Assembly: GCA_028534125.1 (NCBI GenBank)
Contig: CM052816.1
Coordinates: 42,410,001 to 42,474,000 of the forward strand
Source: Lama glama
Taxonomy: Eukaryota
Length of the DNA stretch: 64,000 nucleotides
Direction: 5' to 3'
Shown: positions 63,384-64,000 of the stretch, piece by piece
Layout of the letters: the number at the start of each line of letters is the position of its first letter
Position numbering within the stretch: position 1 is the first letter of the stretch
The notes under the pieces: model-generated
Database searches by the model: none
Told to the model about the DNA's origin: nothing
The model's input: only the letters and a program-made list of their open reading frames with translations
Made by a program: the position numbers and the translations under genes

Positions 63384-64000
63384 CAGGACTGCTTCATTGG
63401 AATGCAGCCAGTTCAGCAACACAGCGTACTGGCTCAGAAGACCCTCCTCTTTCCATGAGATTTAATACTCTATCTTGAAATTCTTAATAATTTTATCTTT
63501 ATGGTTTCTAAGTGAAGTACTATGAGACCACAGCACACATACTAGGAGCTTGGAGTATCAGCCCACTTCCCTGCCTCGCTGGGATGGGTTTTTAGCTGCC
63601 CTGGAACTTAAGAACCCCTCGGCTTCCCCCTTCCAGGTCCTCACCCATTGCTACTGACAGCATTGCATTACTCCCTGAGATATCTCAGAGCAAGGCATGG
63701 TGGCAGCCATCCCCATCCCAGATGGACAGCACCACAGGGTATTTATCAGTGACTGGTGGGCGGAAGAGAAACTTTCACCCACCTCCAATCCAGGTATCTA
63801 GCAAATTCCAGCATAGAAGTTGCACTACCCTCAGAGGTCCCTCATCCACCATAGGTTCTAATGGGCTATAAGCACAGGGGAAGAGATGTCTGATCCAACT
63901 TCTCTGCCCTCTGCCAGGACATGGGTCTGTCCAGCAGCTGGTGGAAGGAAGAACCCAGCAACATGGGTGGTTAGTCACAGAATCAGGCCTTGTCAGAATC
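63384..64000 (+). mobile_element. hAT-Tip100 element (MER45B/R-like), running off the window end
   Basis: caggactgcttcattgg...gctcagaagaccc...tcttgaaattcttaataattttatc matches the recalled MER45 5' end. Confidence 0.7.

Noticed and set aside
1..64000. CRISPR arrays, operons or other prokaryotic systems
   Set aside because: The sequence is clearly mammalian; no regularly spaced direct-repeat arrays or dense ORFs are present

Overview
AT-rich mammalian genomic DNA, most likely camelid (inferred from four copies of a tRNA-derived SINE of the camelid Vic-1 type). The window has no intact long ORF and no CpG island, and it contains two assembly gaps (23280-23779, 33512-33610). Roughly half or more is interspersed repeat: L1, L2, MIR, MaLR/ERV LTRs, two near-full Tigger1 copies, a ~3.4 kb hAT-Tip100 transposon and several MER elements. 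The main hidden feature is an intron-containing gene relic on the minus strand spanning about 11.7-59.1 kb. It consists of ~18 candidate exons in repeat-free islands, largely phase-compatible, whose conceptual translation contains several RGS-domain-like segments of the RGS22/RGSL1 type. It also carries stops, frameshifts and decayed splice sites, so it is probably a unitary pseudogene. Near the left end, a pair of diverged exon-like duplicates on the plus strand may be Ig-V relics. Also present are a tailless 5S rRNA retrocopy and a retroposed mRNA 3' end. All family and domain names come from recognition by eye and recalled consensus sequences, not from database searches. Repeat boundaries are approximate unless a TSD or TIR is cited.
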